Shown: positions 63,411-64,000 of the stretch, piece by piece | Numbering within the stretch: the first letter of the stretch is position 1 | How the letters are laid out: each line of letters starts with the position of its first letter | NCBI RefSeq assembly: GCF_006345805.1 | Contig: NC_043021.1 | Location: 24,986,001-25,050,000, forward strand | Reading direction: 5' to 3' | DNA: 64,000 bases | DNA from: Octopus sinensis | Taxonomy: Eukaryota | Notes under the pieces: model-generated | The model's input: only the letters and a program-made list of their open reading frames with translations | Databases searched by the model: none | Told to the model about the DNA's origin: nothing | Position numbers and translations under genes: made by a program

Positions 63411-63952
63411 TCGGTGAGCCGGGTGACGTGTCCAGCCCATCTATACTTGCTGCGTGTATACTCTGCGATGACATCTCTCACGGCGGACTTCTTTCTGATG
63501 ATCTTGCTACTGATGTGCTCTCTCAGCGAGATACCAAGCATTGACCTTTCCATGGCTCTTTGAGCCGTTACCAGTCTTTGCTCTTCTCTCTTTGTGGCAG
63601 CCTATGTTTCACTACCATATAACATTGCAGGCAAAACTGCACTGTTAATGAGGTTGGCGCGGGTGGTCCTGTTCAACCTTCCCTTGAGCACATCCCTTAT
63701 GCCATTGAACGCCTTCCATCCGGCCCTTACTCTCTGATAATCGGTGGACGCATGCAGTTGTTGAGTGGTACCCGCGTGAGCGGAAAAGACCACCTGGAAG
63801 ACCTCCACGACGGTGGAGTTACGATTTCAGGAGGACGATTGGGATCACGTGGATGAGAAAGGCGCGATCCAGGGAGGAGTGGACAGCGTGTTGTGACCAG
63901 CGGTGTCAAATGGACGCCTGACGGACTGGTCGGTCAAAGTGATCAAAGTGAT
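63411..63952. mobile_element. Young RTE-1-like LINE 3' end with 5' inversion, inserted in (TA)n
   Basis: 63411-63736 reads on - (QRVRAGWKAF...YGSET*...RWAGHVTRLTD). 63736-63952 continues on + (DNRWTHAVVEWYPRERKRPPGRPPRRW...). Tail (caaagtgat)2. Confidence 0.9.
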
Positions 63953-64000
63953 ATATATATATGTATGTGTGTGTGTAGCTTTGTAGTTAGGGTGTCAGCA

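Overview
Eukaryotic, repeat-dense genomic DNA. The SINE, LINE and microsatellite repertoire suggests an Octopus species (inference from recalled repeat families, not a database search). One protein-coding gene is supported: the 5' part of an AKAP10 (D-AKAP2, RGS-domain A-kinase anchoring protein) orthologue on the + strand. I reconstructed seven phase-consistent coding exons by hand: 19780-19804, 52953-53039, 54468-54560, 56023-56976, 57719-57817, 59011-59095 and 61876-61999. The first intron is about 33 kb and the gene continues past the window end. The remainder is RTE-clade and R4/Dong-like LINE fragments, several tRNA-derived SINE families, mariner (DD34D) and maT-like (DD37D) transposase relics, TTAA and other MITEs, and long micro/minisatellites. 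The most striking observation is a candidate in-frame 9-nt microexon in AKAP10 intron 6 (61372-61380). It lies, with both splice sites, inside a 25-bp RNA stem whose only two G:U wobbles fall on the G of the acceptor AG and the U of the donor GU. Other highlights: two further in-frame candidate cassette exons, a twin-primed (5'-inverted) RTE insertion whose 3' tail matches a SINE in the same window, an R4/Dong-like element inserted in a (TAA)n tract touching a splice donor, and a 530-bp foldback. Most long ORFs in the supplied track are microsatellite translation noise. No CRISPR, rRNA or bona fide tRNA genes were found.
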